Notes under the pieces: generated by a model | Databases searched by the model: none | The model's input: the letters and a program-made list of their open reading frames with translations, nothing else | What the model was told of the DNA's origin: nothing | Position numbers and translations under genes: made by a program | Assembly: GCA_039588275.1 (NCBI GenBank) | Contig: JBDHAC010000037.1 | Location: forward strand, 1-51,684 | Direction: 5' to 3' | Origin: Gemmatimonadota bacterium | GTDB taxonomy: Bacteria; Gemmatimonadota; Gemmatimonadetes; Palauibacterales; Palauibacteraceae | DNA length: 51,684 nt | In this document: positions 1 to 9,451 of the stretch, in pieces | How the letters are laid out: each line of letters starts with the position of its first letter | Numbering within the stretch: the stretch's first letter is position 1

Positions 1-57
1 GCCCACGGCGAGGGCCGCAACGCAGGCTACCAGCAGGCGTTTCGTAACCTTCTTCAT
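1..57 (-). CDS. 5' end of a secreted protein (signal peptide), runs off the window
   Basis: ATG at 57 reads MKKVTKRLLVACVAALAVG (basic N-region plus hydrophobic core); strong RBS GAGGAGGAG at 61-69; not in the ORF track because truncated. Confidence 0.8.
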   Translation of the reverse strand, partial: MKKVTKRLLVACVAALAVG

Positions 58-170
58 TCACTCCTCCTCAGGGATGAAGTCCTTCGGTGGTGACTGACTC
101 GTTGCGGACCTCTCGGCCGCTGGCACCTTACACAACGGATGCACCACACACCCGCCCACAAAGCGGGCAC

Positions 171-199
171 AAGATACCCGAACCCAAATGTAGGGTCAA
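171..199 (-). promoter_or_regulatory. sigma70-type promoter for the truncated gene
   Basis: TTGACC (199-194), 17-nt spacer, TATCTT (176-171) on the minus strand in an AT-richer intergenic region. Confidence 0.65.
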
Positions 200-386
200 G
201 GGGTTTTCAGCCCGTAAGTCCCTTTTCTCTATACTCTTTTCGATCGAGATCGGCAATCCCCGTTCGCTGTTCGCGATTGAGTTCTCGATGGCCGGTCGTG
301 CCCCTCGAAAGAACGGCCCCATGCCGCTTGAGGCTCGAAGAGACGCGTGCGGAAGGCCCTTCACCACCCTTCCTCCGCCCGAATCG

Positions 387-415
387 AGTATCGCACGACC
401 CAGCCCACCCGTCAA
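387..415 (-). promoter_or_regulatory. second sigma70-type promoter candidate
   Basis: TTGACG (415-410), 17-nt spacer, GATACT (392-387) preceded by TGn (extended -10-like). Confidence 0.5.
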
Positions 416-435
416 GGTTTCGCTAAACCTTTGAC
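411..435. repeat. imperfect inverted repeat, operator candidate
   Basis: GTCAA-GGTTT-cgct-AAACC-t-TTGAC; overlaps the -35 of the second promoter; no U-tract follows on the minus strand. Confidence 0.45.
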
Positions 436-479
436 AATCCGGACCTTTTTTCACCAGCGACGTCCGAGATTGCCGCACT

Positions 480-3326
480 TCAGAGCACCTCCGCAAGGTG
501 ACGACCCGTATGACTCGCGGCCACCCGGGCGATGCTCTCGGGGGCCCCTTGAGCAACTACTGTGCCGCCTGCGGCCCCACCTTCCGGGCCCAGATCGACG
601 ACCCAGTCCGCCGTCTTTATGACGTCGAGGTGATGTTCGATCACCAGAATCGTGTTTCCCTTGTCCGTCAGCCGGTGAAGCACGCCGAGCAGATCGCGTA
701 CATCCTCGAAGTGCAGGCCAGTCGTGGGCTCATCCAGGATATAGAGCGTTCTCCCGGTCCCCACTTTCGCCAGCTCCGTGGCCAGTTTCACGCGTTGCGC
801 TTCGCCTCCCGACAACGTGGTCGCGGATTGTCCCAGGGTCACATAACCGAGCCCGACGTCAGATAACGTTTGAAGGCGCCTTTTTATGACAGGGATCGGA
901 TCGAAGAATTCGAGCGCGTCTTCGACCGTCATTTCAAGCACATCCGCGATACTCTTGCCTTTGTACAGAACTTCAAGCGTTTCGCGATTGTACCGTCTGC
1001 CGCGGCATACGTCGCAGGGGACGTAAACGTCGGGCAGGAAATGCATTTCGATCTTCACCAGCCCGTCGCCGCGACACGCCTCGCACCGGCCACCCTTCAC
1101 ATTGAAGCTGAACCGGCCGGGCGCGTAACCCCGGATGCGGGACTCGGGGAGCTTGGCGTACAGTTCCCGGATCGGCGTGAACACGCCCGTGTAGGTCGCC
1201 GGGTTCGAGCGCGGCGTCCGGCCGATCGGACTTTGATCCACGTCGATCACCTTGTCGATCAGCTCGATGCCTTCAATGTCGTCGTGCTCCCCCGGGACGA
1301 GCCGCGAGCGATACAGCTGACGAGCCAGCCGTCTGTAGAGGATCTCCTCCACCAGCGTCGATTTACCCGAACCCGAGACACCCGTGACGCAGACGAAAAG
1401 TCCCAATGGAAACTCGACGTCCACGCCCTTGAGGTTGTGCTCGCGAGCCCGGCGTACGGTCAGGTAACCGAGCTCTCCCGGTGGCCGGCGAGCGCTGGGG
1501 ACGGGAATCTCGCGCTCCGCACGCAGGTAGGCACCGGTCAGCGAGCCCGGCTCGGCGAGGAGCGCGTCCAGCGTGCCGGAGACCACCACTTCCCCGCCAT
1601 GTCGCCCGGCGCGAGGCCCCATGTCGACGATGTGATCGGCGGCCCGGATCGTCTGCTCGTCATGCTCGACGACCAGCACCGTGTTTCCCAGGTCGCGCAG
1701 AGTCGCCAGCGTTTCGAGCAGACGGCTGTTGTCGCGCGGGTGCAGGCCGATGCTGGGCTCGTCCAGGACATACAGGACCCCGACCAGCCGGCTGCCGATC
1801 TGCGTCGCGAGCCGGATCCGCTGCGCCTCACCCCCCGACAGGGTCTCCGCCGAGCGACCGAGCGTCAGATATCCCAGCCCCACGTGATCCATGAACTCGA
1901 GACGCTCCGCGACCTCTTTGAGGATCGGGGCTCGCACCTCCGCATCCGGTGCGTCTCCGGCGTTCGCCCTCGCCAGCCACTCCTGAAACAGGTCCCGAGC
2001 CTCCGCGACCGACAGCTCGACGATCTCGTGCAGGCGTCGATCGTCCACGGTCACCGCCCGGCTCTCCGGACGCAGCCGTCCACCCTCGCAGGCGCGGCAG
2101 GTCGTCATCGCCATGTATTCCTCGAGCATGGCGCGGACCTTGTCGCTCCCGGTCTCCTTGTAGCGGCGGAGGACCATGGCGATCGCACCTTCCCAACCGA
2201 TCGAGGTGTCCCCCTCGAGGATCGCCTTGCGCTGGCGGTCGCTCAGTCCGCCCCACGGATCGTTCAGACCGAACTCGTATTTCTCCGCGACGCGCGGGAG
2301 CGTGTTGCGGCGAAGGCGTCCGGTGGGCACGCCCAGCGGCAGCAGGACCCCCTCCAGGATCGATATCTGGCCGCCCCCCACCAGAAGGTCGGGGTTCGGT
2401 TCCCGTTGTACGCCGAGCCCGTCGCATTGCGGACACGCCCCGTAGGGTGAGTTGAAGCTGAACTGCCTCGGCTCGAGCTCGGGGATGTTGATCGCGCAGA
2501 CGGCGCAGGCGTACTGCTCGGAGAACAGGTGCGCTTCTTTCCCCGAGCCGTTCCCACTGCGGCCCGACCCGCCGGCGCCGGCGTGCAGATCGACCTCCAC
2601 CGTTCCTTCGGCCATCCGCAACGCGGTCTCGATCGAGTCGACCAGCCGATCGCGGTCTGCGCTCCTTACCACGAGCCGATCGACGACCACCGAGATGTCG
2701 TGGTTCCGCCGGCGATCCAGAGCCGGGGGATCGGCAAGGTCGATCAGCTCGCCGTCCACCCGGGCGCGCACGAAGCCGTCGCGCAGGGATCGCTCGAACA
2801 GGTTCCTGAACTCGCCCCTGCGTCCGCGTACGAGCGGCGCCAGGACCTCGATCCGCGCGCCCTCCGGCCACTCCAGCACCTGGCCGGCGATCTGGGTGGC
2901 CGACTGGGCCCGGACCGGGCGGCCGCACGAAGGGCAGTGCGGCGTTCCCGCGCGCGCCCACAGAAGACGGAGGTGGTCGTAGATCTCGGTTACCGTGCCG
3001 ACCGTAGAGCGAGGATTTCCCCCGGCGGTGCGCTGTTCGATCGCGATCGCGGGCGAGAGCCCTTCGATCTGGTCCACGTCCGGCTTTTCCATGACGCCCA
3101 GGAACTGGCGTGCGTACGCGGAGAGCGACTCGACGTAGCGCCGCTGCCCTTCCGCGTAGATCGTGTCGAAGGCGAGCGAGGACTTCCCTGAGCCGGATAA
3201 TCCGGTGACGACGGTGAGGCTGTTGCGCGGGATCTCGACGTCGATGTCGCGAAGGTTGTGCTCCCGAGCGCCGCGGACGAGGATCGAAGGGCTCGTCTCA
3301 CGCTCGTTGGCTGCTGCAGCGGACAC
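480..3326 (-). CDS. uvrA: excinuclease ABC subunit A
   Basis: Two ABC ATPase domains ([24 protein letters not shown] twice, LDEP) and CxxC zinc fingers; start is GTG 3326 (GGAG upstream) or ATG 3413; the ORF-track extension to 3809 overlaps the upstream gene. Confidence 0.97.
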   Translation of the reverse strand: MSAAAANERETSPSILVRGAREHNLRDIDVEIPRNSLTVVTGLSGSGKSSLAFDTIYAEGQRRYVESLSAYARQFLGVMEKPDVDQIEGLSPAIAIEQRTAGGNPRSTVGTVTEIYDHLRLLWARAGTPHCPSCGRPVRAQSATQIAGQVLEWPEGARIEVLAPLVRGRRGEFRNLFERSLRDGFVRARVDGELIDLADPPALDRRRNHDISVVVDRLVVRSADRDRLVDSIETALRMAEGTVEVDLHAGAGGSGRSGNGSGKEAHLFSEQYACAVCAINIPELEPRQFSFNSPYGACPQCDGLGVQREPNPDLLVGGGQISILEGVLLPLGVPTGRLRRNTLPRVAEKYEFGLNDPWGGLSDRQRKAILEGDTSIGWEGAIAMVLRRYKETGSDKVRAMLEEYMAMTTCRACEGGRLRPESRAVTVDDRRLHEIVELSVAEARDLFQEWLARANAGDAPDAEVRAPILKEVAERLEFMDHVGLGYLTLGRSAETLSGGEAQRIRLATQIGSRLVGVLYVLDEPSIGLHPRDNSRLLETLATLRDLGNTVLVVEHDEQTIRAADHIVDMGPRAGRHGGEVVVSGTLDALLAEPGSLTGAYLRAEREIPVPSARRPPGELGYLTVRRAREHNLKGVDVEFPLGLFVCVTGVSGSGKSTLVEEILYRRLARQLYRSRLVPGEHDDIEGIELIDKVIDVDQSPIGRTPRSNPATYTGVFTPIRELYAKLPESRIRGYAPGRFSFNVKGGRCEACRGDGLVKIEMHFLPDVYVPCDVCRGRRYNRETLEVLYKGKSIADVLEMTVEDALEFFDPIPVIKRRLQTLSDVGLGYVTLGQSATTLSGGEAQRVKLATELAKVGTGRTLYILDEPTTGLHFEDVRDLLGVLHRLTDKGNTILVIEHHLDVIKTADWVVDLGPEGGAAGGTVVAQGAPESIARVAASHTGRHLAEVL

Positions 3327-3366
3327 GGCGGGCTCCGTGCGCCCCGATGCAGTGCTGAGGGTGCGC

Positions 3367-3411
3367 TGTCCCGCCCGTCCAGTTCGTCCCGTGCGTCCCG
3401 TGCGTCCCGAC
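3367..3411. repeat. degenerate 9-bp tandem repeat (CGTCCCGTG unit)
   Basis: Two exact copies (3385-3402), one near-exact copy (3403-3411) and two degenerate copies to the left; encodes GRT repeats if ATG 3413 is used. Confidence 0.6.
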
Positions 3412-3499
3412 ATAGCCCGGCATCGTAGGCGCGCTCGGCGCCGCAGGGCAAGCTGCGGAACGTACTCCGGCGCAGTTCGGCTCTCGGCCCTCGTGCCCG

Positions 3500-4936
3500 T
3501 CAGGCGCGTCGCAGAGTCGCCGCGAGCCACCCGACCCCGAATGTGACGACGGTCCCAATCGTCACGTACCAGGGCCACGCCACGACATCGCGGGCCAGCG
3601 ACCACAGAAGAATCATCGAGCCGATCCCTGTCACGATTCCTGCGATCGCGTGCGGCGCCCCGGCGCGGGGGACAAAGCGAGCCAGGGCGAACGCGCCCAG
3701 CAGCCCGCCGTACACCAGTGAGGCGATGCCGAGTGACACCTCGACCGCGGCGCTCTGTCGACTCAGCGGGATGAACAGGATCGCGGCACCCACGAGGAGG
3801 ACGGTCCACCCGATGGTGAACGTGCGGCCGGCTCTCAGGATGGCGCGGTCATCCTCGGTCCGGCCCCGGGCGGGAGCCCAGAAGTCGTACGCGGTCGCCG
3901 AGGCGAGGGAGTTGATCGAGCTGGACAGGGTCGACATGGCGGCCGCGAACACCCCCGCGATGAGCAACCCGCGCAGGCCGACGGGGAGCGCTTCGAGTAT
4001 GAAGCGGGGGAAGATCTCGTCCGACCGATCGAAGCCGGCGCCCCCGAAATACGCCCACACGCCCAGGCCGACGAGCAGGAAGAGGGCGAATTGCACCAGC
4101 ACGGCGACTCCGCTGCCGACGAGCGCACGTCGGCTGGAGCGTAGATCCCGACATGCGAGGAGACGCTGCACGATGAGCTGGTCGGTCCCGTGCGAGCCCA
4201 TCGTGAGAAACGCCCCGCCGATGAGACCGGCCCACAGCGTATACGGAAGTCCCGGGTCCCAGGTCAGATCGAACACGCGGAGCTTCGCCGCCGCCGCGGC
4301 CTGATCGAGGATCGTCTCCCAGCCGCCTGTCACCGCGGTCTGAAGAACCGCGAGCGCCACCAGCCCCCCGATCAGGTACAAGCCCATCTGCACCGCATCC
4401 ACCCAGACCACGGCCCGGATCCCGCCCAGGTAGGTGTAGACGAACGTCGCCAGCCCGATGACGCCAACGGCGAGCGGATAGGACCACCCCGTCATCAAGG
4501 CGAGCGGGATCGCGGTGGCAAACAGCCGCACCGAGTCGGCAAGAAGCCGGGTGACCATGAAGATGCCGGAGGTGAGCCGTCTGGTGGAACCGCCGAACCG
4601 CTCTTCGAGGAGCTCGTACGCGGTCATCAGCTCGCCGCCCTGGTACGCTGGAAGGAGCCAGACGGCCACGAGCACGCGCCCCACGACGTAGCCCATCGCG
4701 ATCTGCAGGAAGCCTAGCGTACCGACGTACGCCACGCCGGGAATGCTGAGGAACGTGAGCGTGCTCGTCTCGGTGGCCACCACGGAGAGCAGGACCGCTC
4801 CCCATGGGAGGTCACGGTTCCCGAGGAAGTAGTCGCGTCCACCCCGCGCGCCGCGTCCCAGCCAGGCGCCCCACAGGGTGACGGCCGCCAGGTAGGCGAA
4901 GAGAACGAGGAGGTCTACGCGATCCAGGCCGCCCAC
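3500..4936 (-). CDS. sodium:solute symporter (SSS/SLC5 family)
   Basis: About 13 hydrophobic segments; SSS-type motifs [46 protein letters not shown] start 1 nt after the upstream stop. Confidence 0.92.
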   Translation of the reverse strand: MGGLDRVDLLVLFAYLAAVTLWGAWLGRGARGGRDYFLGNRDLPWGAVLLSVVATETSTLTFLSIPGVAYVGTLGFLQIAMGYVVGRVLVAVWLLPAYQGGELMTAYELLEERFGGSTRRLTSGIFMVTRLLADSVRLFATAIPLALMTGWSYPLAVGVIGLATFVYTYLGGIRAVVWVDAVQMGLYLIGGLVALAVLQTAVTGGWETILDQAAAAAKLRVFDLTWDPGLPYTLWAGLIGGAFLTMGSHGTDQLIVQRLLACRDLRSSRRALVGSGVAVLVQFALFLLVGLGVWAYFGGAGFDRSDEIFPRFILEALPVGLRGLLIAGVFAAAMSTLSSSINSLASATAYDFWAPARGRTEDDRAILRAGRTFTIGWTVLLVGAAILFIPLSRQSAAVEVSLGIASLVYGGLLGAFALARFVPRAGAPHAIAGIVTGIGSMILLWSLARDVVAWPWYVTIGTVVTFGVGWLAATLRRA

Positions 4937-4937
4937 C

Positions 4938-7900
4938 TCACCCGGATCCGGGTGACACGTCGCGACCGGGGCGGAGCGGCACGTCGCGGATCGAGGTCAC
5001 CACCGCGTCGTGCAGCGCCCGGCGAAGCGGGATGTGCCGTCGGTTCTCGCGTGTCGGGTTCACGCGATTGGTCAAGAGCACCACGAAGAGGTCCAAGTCC
5101 GCGTCCACCCACATGCTGGTCCCGGTGAACCCGGTGTGCCCGAACGCGGCCTGGGTCATAAAGCGACCGGCCGAGGAGCGCTCCCCGGGCGTGTCCCAAC
5201 CGAGCGCGCGACTCGAGGCCGGGTCCTGACGCCGGACGAACGCCGACACAGTGGCCGGGGATGGGAAGCCCTCCACGGAATCACCCCTCGCCGCGTCCAG
5301 CATCCGCTGGGCGAAAACGGCCATATCGCGGACGCTCGAGAACAGCCCGGCGTGCCCGGCAACACCCCCGAGCGCATACGCGTTCTCATCGTGCACGACC
5401 CCGCGCAGGTGCGCGTGGCGGAACAGCGTATCGATCTCGGTCGGGGCCACACGGGCGTGGAGGGATGCCGGAGGCGTGAACCGTGTGTCCCGAAGCCCCA
5501 GCGGGCCGAACAGCGATCGCTCAAGCAGGACGTCCAGCGACTCACCCGCGAGCTGCTCGGCGACGAGACCCAGTGTGATGAAGCCGAGATCGCTGTATTC
5601 GGATCGCTCGCCAGGCGCGTAGGCGGCGGGGAGCTCGGCGATCGCGCGCCGGTACGCTTCCCGGCCCTTCAGCTCGCGCCAGAACGGACGAAACGGTGGC
5701 AGGCCGCCCCGGTGACGCAGCAGGTCTCGAATCGTGACGGCACCCTTCCATCCCTCGCTCCACTCCGGCAGATAGCGCCCGATGCGTGCGTCGAGCTCGA
5801 GCTCTCCCGCGTCGACGAGTCGCATGATCGCGGTGGTCGTGCCGACCACCTTCGTGAGCGAGGCGAGGTCGTACAGGGTCGAGTCGGTCACGGGCGGCGA
5901 GGCGGGATCCCAGTCTTGCCTCCCGTATCCGCGCAGCCGCACGAGGCGGCCGTGGCGGCCGACCGCCAGCGCGGCGCCGGGCGTGACCGAGTCGGCGATC
6001 GCGGTGAGGAGGATGCCGTCGACGCGCTCCAGCCCCTCCGCGTCCATGCCGACCGCACCCGCGGCCACCTCGAGGCGCCCGGGTCGCTCGGGCGCGCGCG
6101 GCGCCTCCACCCCGACGGCTTCCGGGCCCGCGGCCCGTATAGTCCGCTGCAAGCCCTCCCCCAGCGCGTGGTAGGGTGGGAGGGATATCGGCAGCCTCCC
6201 CGAGATCGGTGAGAGTCCCAGGAGTGCGTCCGCCGCGGCGCGCTGTGAGACCTCCCGGCCTCCCCACGCCAGCAGATACGCTCCGGCGTCCGGCAGCGCC
6301 GAGAGCAGATACGGGCTTCCGAAGGAGATGACGAGCGGAGCTCGCCCACGTTCGTCCAGGTGGGCCGCGAACTCTATGAGCGCCGCGCTCAGATCCACAT
6401 CTCCGGCCGCGGAGCGGGGGGGCACGTAGGCGGAGAGAAGCACGACATCCGCCGAGTCCGCACGCGCCAGCAGCGAGTCGTATCGAGGCGCGGGTGTCGA
6501 GGCGGTGACGTGGGCGGCGTCGAGGAGCTCGACCTGAGGCCCGACCCGAGCATCGAAGGCCAGGCCCGCTGCCAGGTCTCCATCTCGCGTGTACGTGATG
6601 CTGAGGACCCGCCCCAGATCTGCGCTCGACAGTGGTACCCGGCCGGACACATCTCGCACCAGCGTGATCGAGCGGCGGGCGACCGAATCCGCGAAGGCGG
6701 CGTGCGCGGCGGAGCCCACCACCCCCGCCACGCGCTCCGGGTCCACCCGCCGACCGGCCGGCAGTCCGGCCCGGGCCTTGAGCTCCAGCATTCGCCGCGC
6801 GGACGCTTCAATCCGGGCCTCGGCCAGTCGGCCGGCCTGGACGGCGGCCACCACGGTCTCGATGGCGGCCGGAGGATCCGGTGGCATGAGGAGCACATCC
6901 GCGCCGGCCTCCAGTGCGCGGACGGCGGCCTCTTCACCCCCGTAGCCGTTCACGATCGCCCCCATCTCCAACGCGTCGGTGAACAGCAACCCGCGAAATC
7001 CGATCTCGTCCCGCAAAAGGTCAGTCATGAAGAAGGGTGAGAAGGTGGCCGGGGGCGCCTCGTCCCCCAGGACCGATGGGACCGCGACGTGCGCCGTCAT
7101 GATCGCGTCCACGCCGGCCTCTATCGCGCTCCGGAACGGGACCAGCTCCACCCGATCGAGGCTCTCCCGATCGCTCTCGATAACCGGGAGGTCGATGTGC
7201 GAGTCCGAGCGCGTATCGCCGTGCCCCGGGAAGTGCTTACCCGTCGTCATGAGCCCGCCGGCGCGCGCGCCGCGCACGTAGGCCGAGCCCAGGGCCGCGA
7301 CGCGCTCCGGGTCCTCCCCGAACGATCTCGTGTTGATGATCGGGTTCTCCGGGTTGCTGTTGACGTCCAGCACCGGGGCGAAGTTCAGGTGCACACCCAC
7401 CGAGCGCGCTTCCACCGCGGTGATGCGCCCCACTTCGGACACCATGCGCTCATCGTCGATGGCGCCCAGCGCCATCGCGGGGGGAAACTCCGTCGCGCCG
7501 CCCATGTCCAGCATCCACGGGACGGCGTAGATGCTCCCGAGTCGGGAACCGGCGCCCGCCTCGAAATCGGCCGCGATCAGGAGCGGCTGGCTCGCAAGTC
7601 CCTGTAGATAGTTGAGCTTGGCGACGTATTCGTGCGGGGTCCCGAGGGAGATCACGATGCCGCCGATCCCGTGCGTCTCGACGAGCTCCGCGAGACGTTG
7701 CATCTCTTCGCCCGACGTGGAGGCGTAGCCTCCCGACGCCCACACCATCACGAGCTGCGCGACCCTCTCACGCAGATCGAGCGATGCCAGCGTTTCGTCG
7801 ACCCACCGCTGCGCCTCCTGACCGCCGCCGGGGGCCTGGGCCGGATCGCGCGGCTCGCCCGGATCTGTCGCCGGCTCGGGTAGCGCACGCGTCGCGCAGG

Positions 7901-7994
7901 CGAGACCGATCGCGGCGAGGGCCGCGACCCTCGCGGGTGTCGGCCACTGGTGGCGCTTTCCGGTGCCGCGACGCTCGCGTAGTGTGGCGGGCAT
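4938..7994 (-). CDS. lipoprotein: GH3 beta-N-acetylglucosaminidase (NagZ-like) fused to a C-terminal serine hydrolase/beta-lactamase-like (AmiE-like) domain
   Basis: GH3 motifs APVLD, KHFPGHGDTRSDSH (NagZ-type Asp/His dyad) and FTDALEM; C-terminal SxxK (ASLTK), YSD and GHTGFTG; lipobox-like GLAC after a hydrophobic stretch; start taken at ATG 7994. Confidence 0.9.
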   Translation of the reverse strand: MPATLRERRGTGKRHQWPTPARVAALAAIGLACATRALPEPATDPGEPRDPAQAPGGGQEAQRWVDETLASLDLRERVAQLVMVWASGGYASTSGEEMQRLAELVETHGIGGIVISLGTPHEYVAKLNYLQGLASQPLLIAADFEAGAGSRLGSIYAVPWMLDMGGATEFPPAMALGAIDDERMVSEVGRITAVEARSVGVHLNFAPVLDVNSNPENPIINTRSFGEDPERVAALGSAYVRGARAGGLMTTGKHFPGHGDTRSDSHIDLPVIESDRESLDRVELVPFRSAIEAGVDAIMTAHVAVPSVLGDEAPPATFSPFFMTDLLRDEIGFRGLLFTDALEMGAIVNGYGGEEAAVRALEAGADVLLMPPDPPAAIETVVAAVQAGRLAEARIEASARRMLELKARAGLPAGRRVDPERVAGVVGSAAHAAFADSVARRSITLVRDVSGRVPLSSADLGRVLSITYTRDGDLAAGLAFDARVGPQVELLDAAHVTASTPAPRYDSLLARADSADVVLLSAYVPPRSAAGDVDLSAALIEFAAHLDERGRAPLVISFGSPYLLSALPDAGAYLLAWGGREVSQRAAADALLGLSPISGRLPISLPPYHALGEGLQRTIRAAGPEAVGVEAPRAPERPGRLEVAAGAVGMDAEGLERVDGILLTAIADSVTPGAALAVGRHGRLVRLRGYGRQDWDPASPPVTDSTLYDLASLTKVVGTTTAIMRLVDAGELELDARIGRYLPEWSEGWKGAVTIRDLLRHRGGLPPFRPFWRELKGREAYRRAIAELPAAYAPGERSEYSDLGFITLGLVAEQLAGESLDVLLERSLFGPLGLRDTRFTPPASLHARVAPTEIDTLFRHAHLRGVVHDENAYALGGVAGHAGLFSSVRDMAVFAQRMLDAARGDSVEGFPSPATVSAFVRRQDPASSRALGWDTPGERSSAGRFMTQAAFGHTGFTGTSMWVDADLDLFVVLLTNRVNPTRENRRHIPLRRALHDAVVTSIRDVPLRPGRDVSPGSG

Positions 7995-9393
7995 GGTGGG
8001 TCGGCCGATCTCTCCCAGGCAAGTCCTCCTCGAGCCCCCTGGCAGGCTTGCCGGGGCCGGATGCGACCGGAAAGGTATTCGGCCGCCATCACCGCTACAA
8101 CGAGCGCGATCACGGCGTCCGCGATCCCGCGGGAGCGCCGCTCGCCCGGCGCGATCGTGGGTAGCGGGAACCCTTGCCGCCGCCGCGACGGTGTCCTTGG
8201 CGTGCGATCCACCGGACCGACGCATCGCGGAGACGGAGGGGCTGCTACCCGGGATCGACGTTCTACTATCGGACTCGAGCCATCTGGTGCGCGGGTGGCG
8301 GGTCGGCCTCATCACGAACCAGACGGGCCTCGACCGGACAGGTCGCAGCTCGATCGACCGGCTACACGAGCGCGCCGATATCGAGCTCGTGTCCCTGTTC
8401 GCTCCTGAACACGGGATCCGGGGAGCGGTGGCGGAGGGGGTGGGCGTGGCCGAGGAGCTCGACGCCGAGACCGGTCTCCCGATCTACTCGCTATACGGTT
8501 CGACCCGACAGCCGACGGTCGGCATGCTGGCCGACCTCGATGTCCTCGCGTTCGACATCCAGGACATCGGGACGCGGTATTACACGTACCTATCCACTAT
8601 GGCGTTGGCGATGCGGGCCGCCGCCGAGGTCGGCGTGACGTTCGTAGTCCTGGATCGGCCCAACCCGATCGGAGGCACCCTCGTGCAGGGGCCCACCCTG
8701 GAACCCGCCTTCTCCTCCTTCGTGGGGCTGTACCCCATCCCGGTGCGGCACGGGATGACGGCGGGTGAGCTAGCGCGCCTGTACAACCAGCGCTTCGGGA
8801 TCGGCGCGCGCCTTCACGTCGTGCCCGTCAAAGGGTGGACGCGAGGGACCTGGTTCGATGCGTCGGGGCTCGAATGGATCGCGCCCTCCCCCAACATGCC
8901 GTCGCTGGAGAGCGCCACCCACTACCCGGGCACGTGCCTGTTCGAGGGAACGAACCTGTCCGTGGGCCGGGGCACCCCGACCGCATTCCAGCAGATCGGG
9001 GCACCTTGGCTGGACGGCGAGGAGCTCGCACGGCGTCTGTCCCGCTACGAGCTCGAGGGCGTCCGCTTCGAGCCCGTTCGATTCACCCCCCGGTCGCCGA
9101 CCGACGGCAAGTACGACGGCCAGCGCGTTTCGGGAGTGCGTTTCGTGGCCACGGACCGCGACCGGTACGACCCCGTGGCTGCGGGAGTCGCGGCACTGCT
9201 CGAGGCTCGCTCGCTCGCTCGAGAGGGCGAAGACCTGTGGGAGTGGAATCCCGGACACTTCGATCGACTGGCCGGTGGCGGCGCGTTGCGCGAGGCGATC
9301 GACGCCGGAGCTCCGCTCACCGCGATTCGGGAAAGCTGGGAGGCCGGGCTGTCCGCGTTCCGAAGCCTGCGCGAGCCCTTCCTCCTCTACTGA
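7993..9393 (+). CDS. DUF1343 family exo-beta-N-acetylmuramidase (NamZ-like), probable lipoprotein; start uncertain
   Basis: Motifs GLITNQTG, FAPEHG, DIQDIGTRYYTY, LDRPNP, RHGMT, PSPNMP; lipobox-like SLAC near 8194-8205. Confidence 0.88.
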   Translation: MVGRPISPRQVLLEPPGRLAGAGCDRKGIRPPSPLQRARSRRPRSRGSAARPARSWVAGTLAAAATVSLACDPPDRRIAETEGLLPGIDVLLSDSSHLVRGWRVGLITNQTGLDRTGRSSIDRLHERADIELVSLFAPEHGIRGAVAEGVGVAEELDAETGLPIYSLYGSTRQPTVGMLADLDVLAFDIQDIGTRYYTYLSTMALAMRAAAEVGVTFVVLDRPNPIGGTLVQGPTLEPAFSSFVGLYPIPVRHGMTAGELARLYNQRFGIGARLHVVPVKGWTRGTWFDASGLEWIAPSPNMPSLESATHYPGTCLFEGTNLSVGRGTPTAFQQIGAPWLDGEELARRLSRYELEGVRFEPVRFTPRSPTDGKYDGQRVSGVRFVATDRDRYDPVAAGVAALLEARSLAREGEDLWEWNPGHFDRLAGGGALREAIDAGAPLTAIRESWEAGLSAFRSLREPFLLY

Positions 9394-9409
9394 CTTCCTC
9401 CTCTACCGA
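9378..9409. repeat. 16-bp tandem duplication at the NamZ-like stop codon
   Basis: CTTCCTCCTCTACTGA immediately followed by CTTCCTCCTCTACCGA (1 mismatch). Confidence 0.75.
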
Positions 9410-9451
9410 CCCCGGGCCTCGACTGACCCGCAGCCGAGGTGGACGCCGCCG

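Noticed and set aside
870..2450. 526-aa plus-strand ORF
   Set aside because: Antisense shadow of uvrA; expected from high-GC codon bias and has no recognisable motifs
8060..8135. Minus-strand hydrophobic stretch IADAVIALVVAVMAAEYLSGR in ORF 7748..8212
   Set aside because: Looks like a TM helix, but the ORF overlaps both hydrolase genes and the rest is low-information; cannot support it as a gene
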